Source: an uncultured delta proteobacterium
GTDB lineage: Bacteria; Desulfobacterota; Binatia; Binatales; Binataceae
Length of the DNA: 64,000 nt
Direction: 5' to 3'
NCBI GenBank assembly: GCA_963756155.1
Contig: CAVWMQ010000001.1
Location: forward strand, 602,380-666,379
Of this stretch, positions 9,268 to 17,655 are shown in pieces. The notes under the pieces are model-generated. The model ran no database searches. It had not been told where the DNA came from and worked only from the letters and a program-made list of their open reading frames with translations. Made by a program: the position numbers and the translations under genes. Each line of letters starts with the position of its first letter. Position 1 is the stretch's first letter.

Positions 9268-10094
9268 CAGCCGCCAAGATACCAGTGCACCAGTTGCGGC
9301 TGAAAGAGCGCGAAGATCCCCGCGGCCAGCGCGAGGAACGGACCGAACGGCACTTCGGTGCGCAGGATCGAAACGTCCGCCTCATTTGCCGTGGACGGAT
9401 CGCCAAGCGGGGGCGAACTCTCGCCGGCGAGTGCGAACGCGATTCCGCCGATCGCGCCGAGCAACGAGCCGAAGAACAATGTGAACGCCATCCCCTGCCA
9501 TCCCAGGAACGCGCCGACCATTCCGAGCAGCCACACGTCGCCCATCCCGACGCCTTCGCGCCCGCGCACGAAATGATAAAGCTCACCGGTCGCGAACAGC
9601 ACGCCGCCGCCGAGCAGCAGTCCGATCAGCGAACTCTTCCATCCGATCTCCGGCATCAGGAACGAGCCCGCGATCAGGCCGATCACCATGCCGGGGAATG
9701 TGATCAAGTTGGGAATCAGGCGCCAGTCGTAATCGATCAGCGCGATCGTGAACAGCGCGGCGCACAACACGAAGCGCGCGATCGCGTCGCCGAGCGGAAA
9801 GCTGAAGTAGAGGAACAGCGCGGTGACGGCCAGCGCGACCTCGGCCAGGAAGTGGCGGAACGCAATGGCGGCGCCGCACATCGGGCAGCGTCCGCGCAGT
9901 CCCAGGTAGGCGAGGATCGGTATGTTCGCCCACAACGGGATCGCCCGCTCGCAATTTTCGCAGAACGATCGCGGGGTGACGATCGAAAGATCGCGCGGGA
10001 GGCGATAGGCGACCAGGTTGACAAAGCTGCCTACGCAGGCGCCCACGACGAACGCGGCGGTGCCGCCCAAGCCGGGCGGAACGTCGAAGGTCAT
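9267..10094 (-). CDS. pilD: Type IV prepilin peptidase/N-methyltransferase
   Basis: GSFVNLVAYRLP, CxxC pairs, ID...RLIPN, GMGD, PFGPFL. Confidence 0.92.
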   Translation of the reverse strand: MTFDVPPGLGGTAAFVVGACVGSFVNLVAYRLPRDLSIVTPRSFCENCERAIPLWANIPILAYLGLRGRCPMCGAAIAFRHFLAEVALAVTALFLYFSFPLGDAIARFVLCAALFTIALIDYDWRLIPNLITFPGMVIGLIAGSFLMPEIGWKSSLIGLLLGGGVLFATGELYHFVRGREGVGMGDVWLLGMVGAFLGWQGMAFTLFFGSLLGAIGGIAFALAGESSPPLGDPSTANEADVSILRTEVPFGPFLALAAGIFALFQPQLVHWYLGG

Positions 10095-10142
10095 CTCGTA
10101 TTAACCCTTGAACCGTTTACGCATTGCGGACCCGAAATTGTT

Positions 10143-10377
10143 TATGCATGGCCTCTCTAAACATCACTATCGTCGAACCGCCACGCGCAGCCCCTCCAAA
10201 CATCACAAACATCGAACCGCCAACGCGTAGTCAATCTAAACGTCACTGGCTTCCAATCGACGCGCGTAGTTCCTCTGAACATCGCTGGCGACGGACTGTT
10301 GCGCGTGGCCCCTTCCGACATCACTGGCGACGGACTGTCGCGCGTAGCTCCTTCGAACATGGTTGCCCCCGTATGCC
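10143..10377. repeat. Degenerate tandem array, ~6 copies of a 39-bp unit
   Basis: Central C of the (A/G)AC(A/G)TC core recurs at 10162, 10201, 10241, 10280, 10319, 10358; units such as CGCGCGTAGTTCCTCTGAACATCGCTGGCGACGGACTGT / TGCGCGTGGCCCCTTCCGACATCACTGGCGACGGACTGT. Confidence 0.8.
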
Positions 10378-10403
10378 GACGGTCGCGGCGCTTCGAGCCG
10401 AGT

Positions 10404-11255
10404 CTATACCGCGACGGCGTGCTCGGCGAGGAATTCGAGCAACAGCCTGTTCACGACTCCCGGATTATCGAGATTCGCCATGTGCCCGGCTCCCGGGATT
10501 ATCTCGAAGCGGCAATGCGGCTCGCGCGCGGCCCATCGCGGCGCGATCTTGCGGATGTTGCCGGTGGTGTCGGCCTCCCCGACCATCAGCAGGAGCGGCT
10601 TCTCGATCCGGTAACCCGGCTCGAAGTGCAGGCACCTCGTGGTCTCGTTCAGGATCGACACGAGTTCCGATTTCGGCAGTTGACTGAAGGCCGCATAGAG
10701 ATATTCGCGCACCGCGGGGACGCTCGAACTGGCGTTGGCGGCCTGACGCTTGAGGCGCCCGTAGGGATATAGCGACAGGATCGCGGGCGCCATCCGCAGC
10801 AGGACCTTCTGCAGCGCCGGCAACCGCATCGTGTTGCAGGTGCAGTCGATCGCGGCGATCGCGGTGACGCGCTCGGGACGATGAAAGACGATCTCCTGCG
10901 CGAGATTCCCGCCCATCGAATGGCCGACCAGCGCGGCCGCCGTCCACCCGAGATGATCGAGGATGGCGAGGAGATCGTCCATCGCGCGCGCGATCGTGAA
11001 GGGCGCCGCCGCGGGCCGCGACTGCCCGTGCCCGCGCACATCCCAGCTCAGGACGCGGTAGCGCTCCGCCAGCGCTGCGGCCTGGCCGTCGAACTCGCGA
11101 TGGTCGACGCCGGCGCCGTGGGTGAGCACGACGCGCGGACCGCGCTCCGGTCCGCAGAGCCAGAAGCGGAGCCGGCAGCCCTCGCGCTCGAGCGCCGCCG
11201 CGCGAGGCTGTTCTTTTTCCGTCGGCTCGCGCGGATCTTCGGCGCCGCGCGCCAT
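10404..11255 (-). CDS. Alpha/beta-fold hydrolase
   Basis: HGAG, WDVRGHGQS, GHSMGG nucleophile elbow, AGHMANLD. Confidence 0.9.
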   Translation of the reverse strand: MARGAEDPREPTEKEQPRAAALEREGCRLRFWLCGPERGPRVVLTHGAGVDHREFDGQAAALAERYRVLSWDVRGHGQSRPAAAPFTIARAMDDLLAILDHLGWTAAALVGHSMGGNLAQEIVFHRPERVTAIAAIDCTCNTMRLPALQKVLLRMAPAILSLYPYGRLKRQAANASSSVPAVREYLYAAFSQLPKSELVSILNETTRCLHFEPGYRIEKPLLLMVGEADTTGNIRKIAPRWAAREPHCRFEIIPGAGHMANLDNPGVVNRLLLEFLAEHAVAV

Positions 11256-11668
11256 CAGCGGGGCGCGCCGGCCTCGGCGATCACGCTCACCACGACGGTG
11301 CGCACGCGCGGACCGTCGAGCTCCGCGAGCATCACGCCTTGCCAGCGGCCGAGCGCCAGGCGGGTGTCGCGGACCGGGATGTTAATCGAGGTGCTCAACA
11401 TCACGGACAGGATATGCGCCTGCGAGTTGCCCTCGGCGTGTCGATAGCCGGCCTCGCGCGGGACCATCCGTTGGAGCTGTTCGAGCATATCGACGGTGAC
11501 ATCGGGGTTCCAGTTCTCGGAGACGATCAGCGCGGCGGTGGTATGCTGGACGAACAGGTTGCAGAGTCCGGTGGCGGCTCCGATTCGGGTGACGGCGCGA
11601 TTGACCTGTTCGGTGATATCGAGCAACTCGACGCGCGCGCCGGTCTTAATCGACAGTTCGACCATCAC
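11255..11668 (-). CDS. yjbQ: YjbQ/UPF0047 family protein
   Basis: DITEQV, HTTAAL..EN, HAEGNSQAH, LGRWQGV..ELDGPR.R. Confidence 0.9.
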   Translation of the reverse strand: MMVELSIKTGARVELLDITEQVNRAVTRIGAATGLCNLFVQHTTAALIVSENWNPDVTVDMLEQLQRMVPREAGYRHAEGNSQAHILSVMLSTSINIPVRDTRLALGRWQGVMLAELDGPRVRTVVVSVIAEAGAPR

Positions 11669-11869
11669 GGGAAAGTCTTACGACTGCGCGGACGCGAGTT
11701 CCATCGCGAGTGCACAGTTACTTTGCGCGGCCGCGGACCTCACTTCTGCGGAGCACCTCCATGCCGAAAATTGCGCTGCTGACCAGATTGCATCGCTGGC
11801 CCAAAAAGGTTCTCTGGTGCTAGTAACAGCTCTCCGTCCGAACAGCGCTCATCCCCATCGATTCCACCG

Positions 11870-11920
11870 CACCGCGATTACGATAAGATCGATGCAAGGA
11901 CGGTCCAGTATGGAGATTAA
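11870..11920 (+). pseudogene. higB: C-terminal remnant of HigB-type toxin
   Basis: HRDYDKIDARTVQYGD* resembles the HigB tail (THxEYDKIDA.TV) and overlaps the higA start; upstream sequence in that frame shows no toxin similarity. Confidence 0.6.
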
Positions 11921-12283
11921 GTCGATTCGCACCAAGGCTGATTACGAGCGCACGCTGCGCGAGATTGAGCGCCTGTGGGGGGCCGAGAGGGAACCGCGGA
12001 CGGCGATCGTCTCGACGTGCTCGCGACCCTGGTCGATGCGTATGAGCAGAAGCGTTTTCCGATCGACCCGCCCGATCCGATCGAGGCGATCCGCTTTCGG
12101 CTCGAACAGCAGGGCCTCGACCCGCGCGCGCTGGTCGGCGTGATCGGCGGCCGCAGCCGCGTGTACGAGGTGATGCAGCGCAAGCGCGCGCTGTCGCTGG
12201 AGATGATCCGCCGTCTCCACCAGCGCTTCGGTATCCCGGCCGATGTGCTGATTCGCCCGAGCCGCGGGCCCATACTTCGATAG
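11910..12283 (+). pseudogene. higA: HigA-type HTH antitoxin with single-base frameshift near 11985
   Basis: MEIKSIRTKADYERTLREIERLWGA, then in another frame EGTADGDRLDVLATLVDAYEQKRFPIDPPDPIEAIRFRLEQQGL...LSLEMIRRLH..FGIPADVL; break next to a G6 run, may be a sequencing error. Confidence 0.8.
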
Positions 12284-12285
12284 CC

Positions 12286-12882
12286 TCAAAAGAACATGGC
12301 CTTTAGTAACGTCAGAAGCCTATACGTCTTCCGCTCGACGTCCAAGTCGCATATCCAATGCTCACCCGCAGCGATAAGCTTCCCCGGACCTCCTTGAGAG
12401 TGCCAGCGCTTAACCTCTGCTGCGGTCGGCGGCCGTTCGAAGCTCATAATGCATATGACACCTCGGGCGTCGGGCCAGGCCTCAAGCAGCTCGCGCACCG
12501 ACCCGCGCGAATATGGGTGAGATAGCTTGAGGTCCTCTTCAGAGAACACTGGAGTCATCTTTCCGCCTGGTAAGTCGATCCGAGCGACACCATGCCACGA
12601 AGCGCCGCCAGACTCGATGCTGAATTCGAGCAGATTTACGAAGACCGTAGGTGCCGCGGCCGCCGTTACCAAGTCCCGATAGCTCACTCGCGCTCCAAGT
12701 GCGGCGACCTTTCGATAGCGTGCGCTGCCCTGTTTGCGATAGTACAGACTGCCGACTCGACCGACCTGGAAGAGGGCAACGACAGCCTTGCCTCGGCGGT
12801 TGTAGGTTATCTTTTGAAGCCGCGAACCTGGTTTAATCCCGGCATTCCTTAGCTCGTCCTGGGGGTCTCGTCCGCCTGCCAT
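12286..12882 (-). CDS. Hypothetical protein
   Basis: 198-aa ORF in lower-GC island; no recognised motif. Confidence 0.55.
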   Translation of the reverse strand: MAGGRDPQDELRNAGIKPGSRLQKITYNRRGKAVVALFQVGRVGSLYYRKQGSARYRKVAALGARVSYRDLVTAAAAPTVFVNLLEFSIESGGASWHGVARIDLPGGKMTPVFSEEDLKLSHPYSRGSVRELLEAWPDARGVICIMSFERPPTAAEVKRWHSQGGPGKLIAAGEHWICDLDVERKTYRLLTLLKAMFF

Positions 12883-13092
12883 TTTCGTTGCCTACGGCTC
12901 CATTCAGGGTTCGGAATGTAGTGGCGGATAATGGTGAAACTGGGAACCACTCGTGATCAAAATCAACAAATCAGGCACTACGCTTGCGAGCCTCTCTGCG
13001 GATCGACCTGACAATAAACCCAGCGCGCGAAACATGGAGCAGTGATGTTTATAAACTTAAATTGCTAGAGTTGGCGCTTTTTTACGGTTATG

Positions 13093-13536
13093 CTAACAGT
13101 GGTTGCCTGCGGCGATGTTTTCATGTCCGATAGAGTAAACGACATTTATTCCGTCATAAGAAGGCACGAGTTTTGTAATCTTGATGACATTGCCAACAGA
13201 AACAGACAGAGTCGAGCGATTGGTCCATTCAACCCTGGGTGGGGCAACGTTGGGATCATCAGCATATCTGAAAATTAGAGATTCATGACTGTCAGGTTCT
13301 CCGGATTTATGCAAATACAGATAAATGGCGGAATCATGCACTACATTGTCACAAAAAGTTTGATGTCCTGAAACGAGCATGCCGTTCCCATTAGAAACAG
13401 CCGGGAGCGCTTGAGTGAAACAGCTGGCATTCTTGTCTCCCTGCAGTGCATCAGGAATAATGTATAAGAATGGGAGGATTGCGAAGACGGATATCGTGCA
13501 GATAGCCAGCGCAAAATATTTCAACGCCGTTCGCAT
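13093..13536 (-). CDS. Hypothetical membrane-anchored exported protein
   Basis: N-terminal TM helix, Cys pair, PRVEWTNRSTLSVSV beta-rich C-terminus; low GC. Confidence 0.65.
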   Translation of the reverse strand: MRTALKYFALAICTISVFAILPFLYIIPDALQGDKNASCFTQALPAVSNGNGMLVSGHQTFCDNVVHDSAIYLYLHKSGEPDSHESLIFRYADDPNVAPPRVEWTNRSTLSVSVGNVIKITKLVPSYDGINVVYSIGHENIAAGNHC

Positions 13537-13634
13537 TGCTAGCCTTAGCTGTCGACCGTCAGGTTACTTTACGTGCGAGGAGGGTTCTTGATCCATCTTG
13601 GTCGATACCCGCTGGTGTCCGTACGCACAAAGTC

Positions 13635-14021
13635 TTACGAATGCCCGACTCCTATACGTTGGAAAAGTCCTACAACCCTGGTAACTGCGTAGTTAAGAAG
13701 CGCTGGACTTGCAACCACCACGATGGCTGCTCCTATGGTGAATAACAGCATCGGCCCGCTTAGGCTGCCGGTGCCAAGGTTAAATGGATCCGTACCGAAC
13801 AAAGCAGACAGCGCAAATACAGACGCTACGATTATGGCGCCAACGAACCCACTCCAGATATCAACACTCAGCAGCGACGCGACATAAAAGCATAGCCACC
13901 AGGCATTTAAGGCCGCATTGACCCGTTGTCCTGGAAACCCTTGGAGTACAAGCAGAGTGAGTGTGTGAGCGAACAGCCACGCAGCCGCGTAAGTCAACGT
14001 CTTGAAAGTGCTCGTCGTCAT
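13635..14021 (-). CDS. Hypothetical multi-TM membrane protein
   Basis: 128 aa, about 4 hydrophobic segments. Confidence 0.6.
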   Translation of the reverse strand: MTTSTFKTLTYAAAWLFAHTLTLLVLQGFPGQRVNAALNAWWLCFYVASLLSVDIWSGFVGAIIVASVFALSALFGTDPFNLGTGSLSGPMLLFTIGAAIVVVASPALLNYAVTRVVGLFQRIGVGHS

Positions 14022-14099
14022 TTCACGTGTACCGGTACGATCCCGTCGGGGTCACTGCGGAGATCATGAAGCAACTAAGAACCGCTTCAACCCCGATTG

Positions 14100-14480
14100 C
14101 TAGCGATTTACGTATTCATAATATTTTCGTCTAGGATGCCGCGCCAGATAGGAGCTGATCATTTGTGGAGCGATCAAATACAATAGAGGTGCAACGATAC
14201 CAAAGAGAACTGCCGGCATGATGAAGTATCTGAAGTCGCCAATTGGATCACCAAGTGCGCTGAAGTGCCACCCGGGCAAAAAATAGCCCAACGCGAGCCA
14301 AACCACAGCGCATGGAAAATCGAAGGGCCAGAAGAAAACCCATATTAGCTGCCATTGCGCGTCGGGTGGAGCTGTAGCCACGCTGATCACAACCCACCAG
14401 GAGGCTAATGTGTGAATGACACACAGCGCGTAGCCCCACCGTCGACTTCTCTGGCTCGCGCCCGGGAACAATGACTTCAT
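14100..14480 (-). CDS. Hypothetical 3-TM membrane protein
   Basis: QWQLIWVFFWPFDFP, hydrophobic helices; ATGA overlap with upstream ORF. Confidence 0.65.
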   Translation of the reverse strand: MKSLFPGASQRSRRWGYALCVIHTLASWWVVISVATAPPDAQWQLIWVFFWPFDFPCAVVWLALGYFLPGWHFSALGDPIGDFRYFIMPAVLFGIVAPLLYLIAPQMISSYLARHPRRKYYEYVNR

Positions 14481-15328
14481 CGGCCCATGGCCCCATTCAT
14501 GATTCGGAATCTAGTGGAGAATAGGTGCGATCGAGCTGAACCAGCAGTTGGGGGCAGCTCTCGTTCGGGTTTGCTATAATGCCTGGCATCAAAGCACTGA
14601 AAGGACTTTACCACTTCTTCAAACCATTTCCGGCCATCCTTGAAACGATCGCTAGTGCTTCTCAGACGGAGGACATAGACTCTTCCTTCGCTTTCTCGGC
14701 TGCCTTCGTTTGGAGAGTGGTCCAGTGCCACAATTACCTCGTCCTTTCTGAGCGGGCTACGCGAATCCCTTGTGTACTCGACGACTGCTTGAATTGCATT
14801 CCAGCCGCAGAGGCGGACCGCATTCTCAGTCAGGACTCGTGCGCCCGCGGAGCCGTCCCCGAGCGCGTGTAGTTCGTCGGTTTCCCACACCTCTTTTGCG
14901 GATTCACGTTGCAGCGCATTGTAAGAGGCGAATATATTTATTCCGGTTGCATCGAGAGCCTCAAGGGGGATCTCGAGGCCATGATCGGGCGAGCCCGGAG
15001 GGTTTGCCAGACCTATGAGACCCTGTGGAATCTTTACCTCGAATCCGTATGTATAGTTGCGGTAAATACCTTGAACCATCGTGTAAGGAAGCGGTGCTGC
15101 CGCGATGGGCTCGGTCAGACTCTGACCTGATGCCGTCGTCGATGGCAGCATCACTTGCCCGCAGGTTCCCTCAGCGGCGCTCGCTCCACCAATTGTCAAG
15201 AGCACGATGATCGTTGCGACCAGCAGACGCCTTGCACTCCCGAGAAACCAGCCACTTGTACGAGATCCTCTCACTGCACCGCCCCGCGCGGCTGGCTTCT
15301 TTGCAGGTCCGAACCGGAGAGATTGCAT
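14477..15328 (-). CDS. Exported protein, possible PsbP/DcrB-like fold; paralog of 15388..16008 (start uncertain)
   Basis: Signal-like segment; YRNYTYGFEVKIPQG...VYVLRL...FEEVVKSFQC. Confidence 0.65.
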   Translation of the reverse strand: MQSLRFGPAKKPAARGGAVRGSRTSGWFLGSARRLLVATIIVLLTIGGASAAEGTCGQVMLPSTTASGQSLTEPIAAAPLPYTMVQGIYRNYTYGFEVKIPQGLIGLANPPGSPDHGLEIPLEALDATGINIFASYNALQRESAKEVWETDELHALGDGSAGARVLTENAVRLCGWNAIQAVVEYTRDSRSPLRKDEVIVALDHSPNEGSRESEGRVYVLRLRSTSDRFKDGRKWFEEVVKSFQCFDARHYSKPERELPPTAGSARSHLFSTRFRIMNGAMGR

Positions 15329-15387
15329 CCAAAATCCGAATAGGTCGCCGTGCACTGATCGGCCAGCGGGTTGGCGGGCTTTCGCGA

Positions 15388-16008
15388 TTAGCCGGTAGGA
15401 AAGGAACATTTGAAGGAAGCAACAATAAGGTCAAGCCATTTCCGGTTTCCAGCGAAAGTCTCGGGACTCGTCTGCAGGCCGATCGTGTAGACTATTCCTG
15501 GCTCGTCGCCGTAAAAGCGCACTGCCGACACCGTTTCTTGCATCGTCGCTCTTCCTGACTGGTCTTTGTAACTGACCGTTTGTCGCAGAGCTTTCAGCTT
15601 ACAAAGGGGTAGGGGACTTAACCCAGTCACTCTTACGTAGGTAGCTCCTTCCATCTTAAGGTTGACCAACTCTCCGTCCGCCGCCTCTGTCGAATCTTTG
15701 TAGTAAAAGACATTGTACGAAGCATCGATCCATATGAAATCTTTGCCGTCGGCAGAAAGGTTGATGACGATACCGTGGTGAGGTACAGAGCCCGACGGAC
15801 CCTCACCAACAAGGCCGTGGGGAATTGAGATTGCATAGCCGAAGATGGGATTCCTATAAACCCTTCGGTAGATAGTGTCGCCAGGCTCTTCCGGAGACTG
15901 AGCGTAGCAGTCGGTTTCCAAATGGTTGCCATTTAACACTAGCAATAAGCAGGTCAACAGCGTGGCGCATAGTGCATGTTTGCGGAAGACGTCGCCACTT
16001 AGAGACAT
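15388..16008 (-). CDS. Exported protein, possible PsbP/DcrB-like fold; paralog of 14477..15328
   Basis: Signal-like segment; YRNPIFGYAISIPHG...VYTIGL...LDLIVASFKC. Confidence 0.7.
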   Translation of the reverse strand: MSLSGDVFRKHALCATLLTCLLLVLNGNHLETDCYAQSPEEPGDTIYRRVYRNPIFGYAISIPHGLVGEGPSGSVPHHGIVINLSADGKDFIWIDASYNVFYYKDSTEAADGELVNLKMEGATYVRVTGLSPLPLCKLKALRQTVSYKDQSGRATMQETVSAVRFYGDEPGIVYTIGLQTSPETFAGNRKWLDLIVASFKCSFPTG

Positions 16009-16206
16009 TGCTTTGCCCAGTGACCTAACGAATAAACCTCGGCGCCGGCTGCTGCGCGATGCCAGTGGCAATATGTGACCGAAACGCTCGGCCGTGGTAC
16101 AGGGCCGCCACTGCCGCTGCCTCGCCGCTGCTCGCGCGGATTTCGGCAGTGCCTCGACTGTCGGATTGCGGCTTGCGCATCACATCAGAGGCCGCGAAAA
16201 CAAAGT

Positions 16207-16692
16207 TCACCGATCGACATCCGAGTCGTAGCTCGATGGCAGGGACTGAACGCACCAGCCTTGAGTATGAGTATCGCAGTCCTTTGTTCGCCCTATTTTG
16301 ATTGAAGTCTTGTAGCCTCCGCCCGTCGACTCTCCGTTATACAGGAAGAAGAAGGTAACCGGAAATTCGAAACCCTGCTCACCCTTGTGGGGCTGCACAC
16401 CGGGCCCCACGACGAAAGAACAGTGGTATGGATCCGAGAGGCCCGAGACGTATTCACGCAATTTATCGTCACTGACTGTTTTACGCAGTCCCGCTGAAAC
16501 GAGAGCGATGCCTTTATCTTCTTCCCGAAACATCCAGGCTGCGAGAAACTCATCTGCAACGCTCAGGGCCTGCAGATACTCGGCGCTGGCCGAATCCTGA
16601 CAGGGGGCTAGGTCAGTTGCGGAAGCTGTACCTCGTACTATGGCGATGGCCACAGCGAGAGCCGCCAATGGCCCGACTAATCTCCGAAGCAT
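16207..16692 (-). CDS. Hypothetical secreted protein, possibly NTF2-like fold
   Basis: Signal peptide MLRRLVGPLAALAVAIAIVRGTASA; ADEFLAAW...GWCVQSL pattern. Confidence 0.6.
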   Translation of the reverse strand: MLRRLVGPLAALAVAIAIVRGTASATDLAPCQDSASAEYLQALSVADEFLAAWMFREEDKGIALVSAGLRKTVSDDKLREYVSGLSDPYHCSFVVGPGVQPHKGEQGFEFPVTFFFLYNGESTGGGYKTSIKIGRTKDCDTHTQGWCVQSLPSSYDSDVDR

Positions 16693-16940
16693 ATTCACCC
16701 GTTTTCTGAATCTACGACAAAAGCGATCAAACTCCGGGCAGTTCCTCATTTTGAGTGCATAAAGGTGTCGCAGGGTGCGTACGTTTGACGGGTATGGAGG
16801 GGCAGATGCCGTTCGGCGCGAAGCTCCTTCTGAAGCCGCTGCACGCTCGGCGTCTTAAGTCTCTTGCACAACCCGACGTCCCATAACTCAGCGGTCTGAG
16901 GATCACCCACGCGAACGGCTTGGCATCGATGCAACGGTTA

Positions 16941-16977
16941 GGATCCTTCGACTCCGGCAGCCTGCGCTCAGGATGAC
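16941..16977 (-). repeat. REP-like element (GTCATCCTGAGC...CGAAGGATCC type), single copy
   Basis: Minus strand reads GTCATCCTGAGCGCAGGCTGCCGGAGTCGAAGGATCC. Confidence 0.55.
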
Positions 16978-17033
16978 GTCCTTGCTTCATCGATCATCGG
17001 GGCCGCAGTGGTTTAGTTGCCGTCCTGAGCAGA

Positions 17034-17078
17034 GTCTTAATCGTCAGTTCGACCACGATTGCGCCGGCGCGAGTTCCA
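17034..17078. repeat. Degenerate direct repeat of the yjbQ 5' end and upstream region (11643..11703)
   Basis: 21/22 match to 11643-11664 followed by 20/23 match to 11681-11703 (16-nt internal deletion). Confidence 0.85.
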
Positions 17079-17102
17079 AAGATAGAGTCTCAGTAGGTAT
17101 CC

Positions 17103-17561
17103 TTATGTCGAGCCTTTCTGCTGCTTGGCCGCTCGTTTCGAGCTTTTGACAGTATTGGTCTTATCGTTGATGACCTCCTTTTCAAATTCCGCCCGGGCTT
17201 GATCGATCACTTCTCGGACGCGATCCTCCACGCTCTTTCCATGAACCAGAGGAACAAGAAAAGGAATACCTAGTCCGTTTTCAGGGTCCAGCCATACGAA
17301 ACGATGACCAGTTCGTTCTAGGGTCACTCGGACGCCTTCGATGGCCATGAGCAGTGCCTGAAGCGCATCAACACCGCCTGCCCGGCCGATTATCGGAGCG
17401 CCCATTCCCTTGATCAAATAGCTGCATTGCCAAGAACTTGGCAAGGACCGGCGGGGGCGTCCAATCGATATGGTAATCTTTTGTGCCCGACTATTTCGTA
17501 GGGTGATAACCCGAGAAGCTACAACAACACCTATGCCAACTGTTCTGTCTTTTCTCGGCAT
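17103..17561 (-). CDS. DUF6968-like protein
   Basis: ITISIGRP....WQCSYLIKG......GGVDALQALLMA pattern. Confidence 0.65.
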   Translation of the reverse strand: MPRKDRTVGIGVVVASRVITLRNSRAQKITISIGRPRRSLPSSWQCSYLIKGMGAPIIGRAGGVDALQALLMAIEGVRVTLERTGHRFVWLDPENGLGIPFLVPLVHGKSVEDRVREVIDQARAEFEKEVINDKTNTVKSSKRAAKQQKGST

Positions 17562-17655
17562 AGCGTAAGAGTTGCCTCCCAATGTTTCGATGTATGTACT
17601 AGCTTTTCTTGGGAGTTCTATTGCGTGGCATCGAGTTCTATCGCAAGTTCCATCG

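Noticed and set aside
10143-10377. CRISPR array
   Set aside because: Units are contiguous degenerate repeats with no unique spacers, and no cas genes are present
12883-17102. Integron cassette array
   Set aside because: A GCATAAC follows one stop codon, but no matching GTTRRRY box or repeated attC hairpins were found and there is no intI
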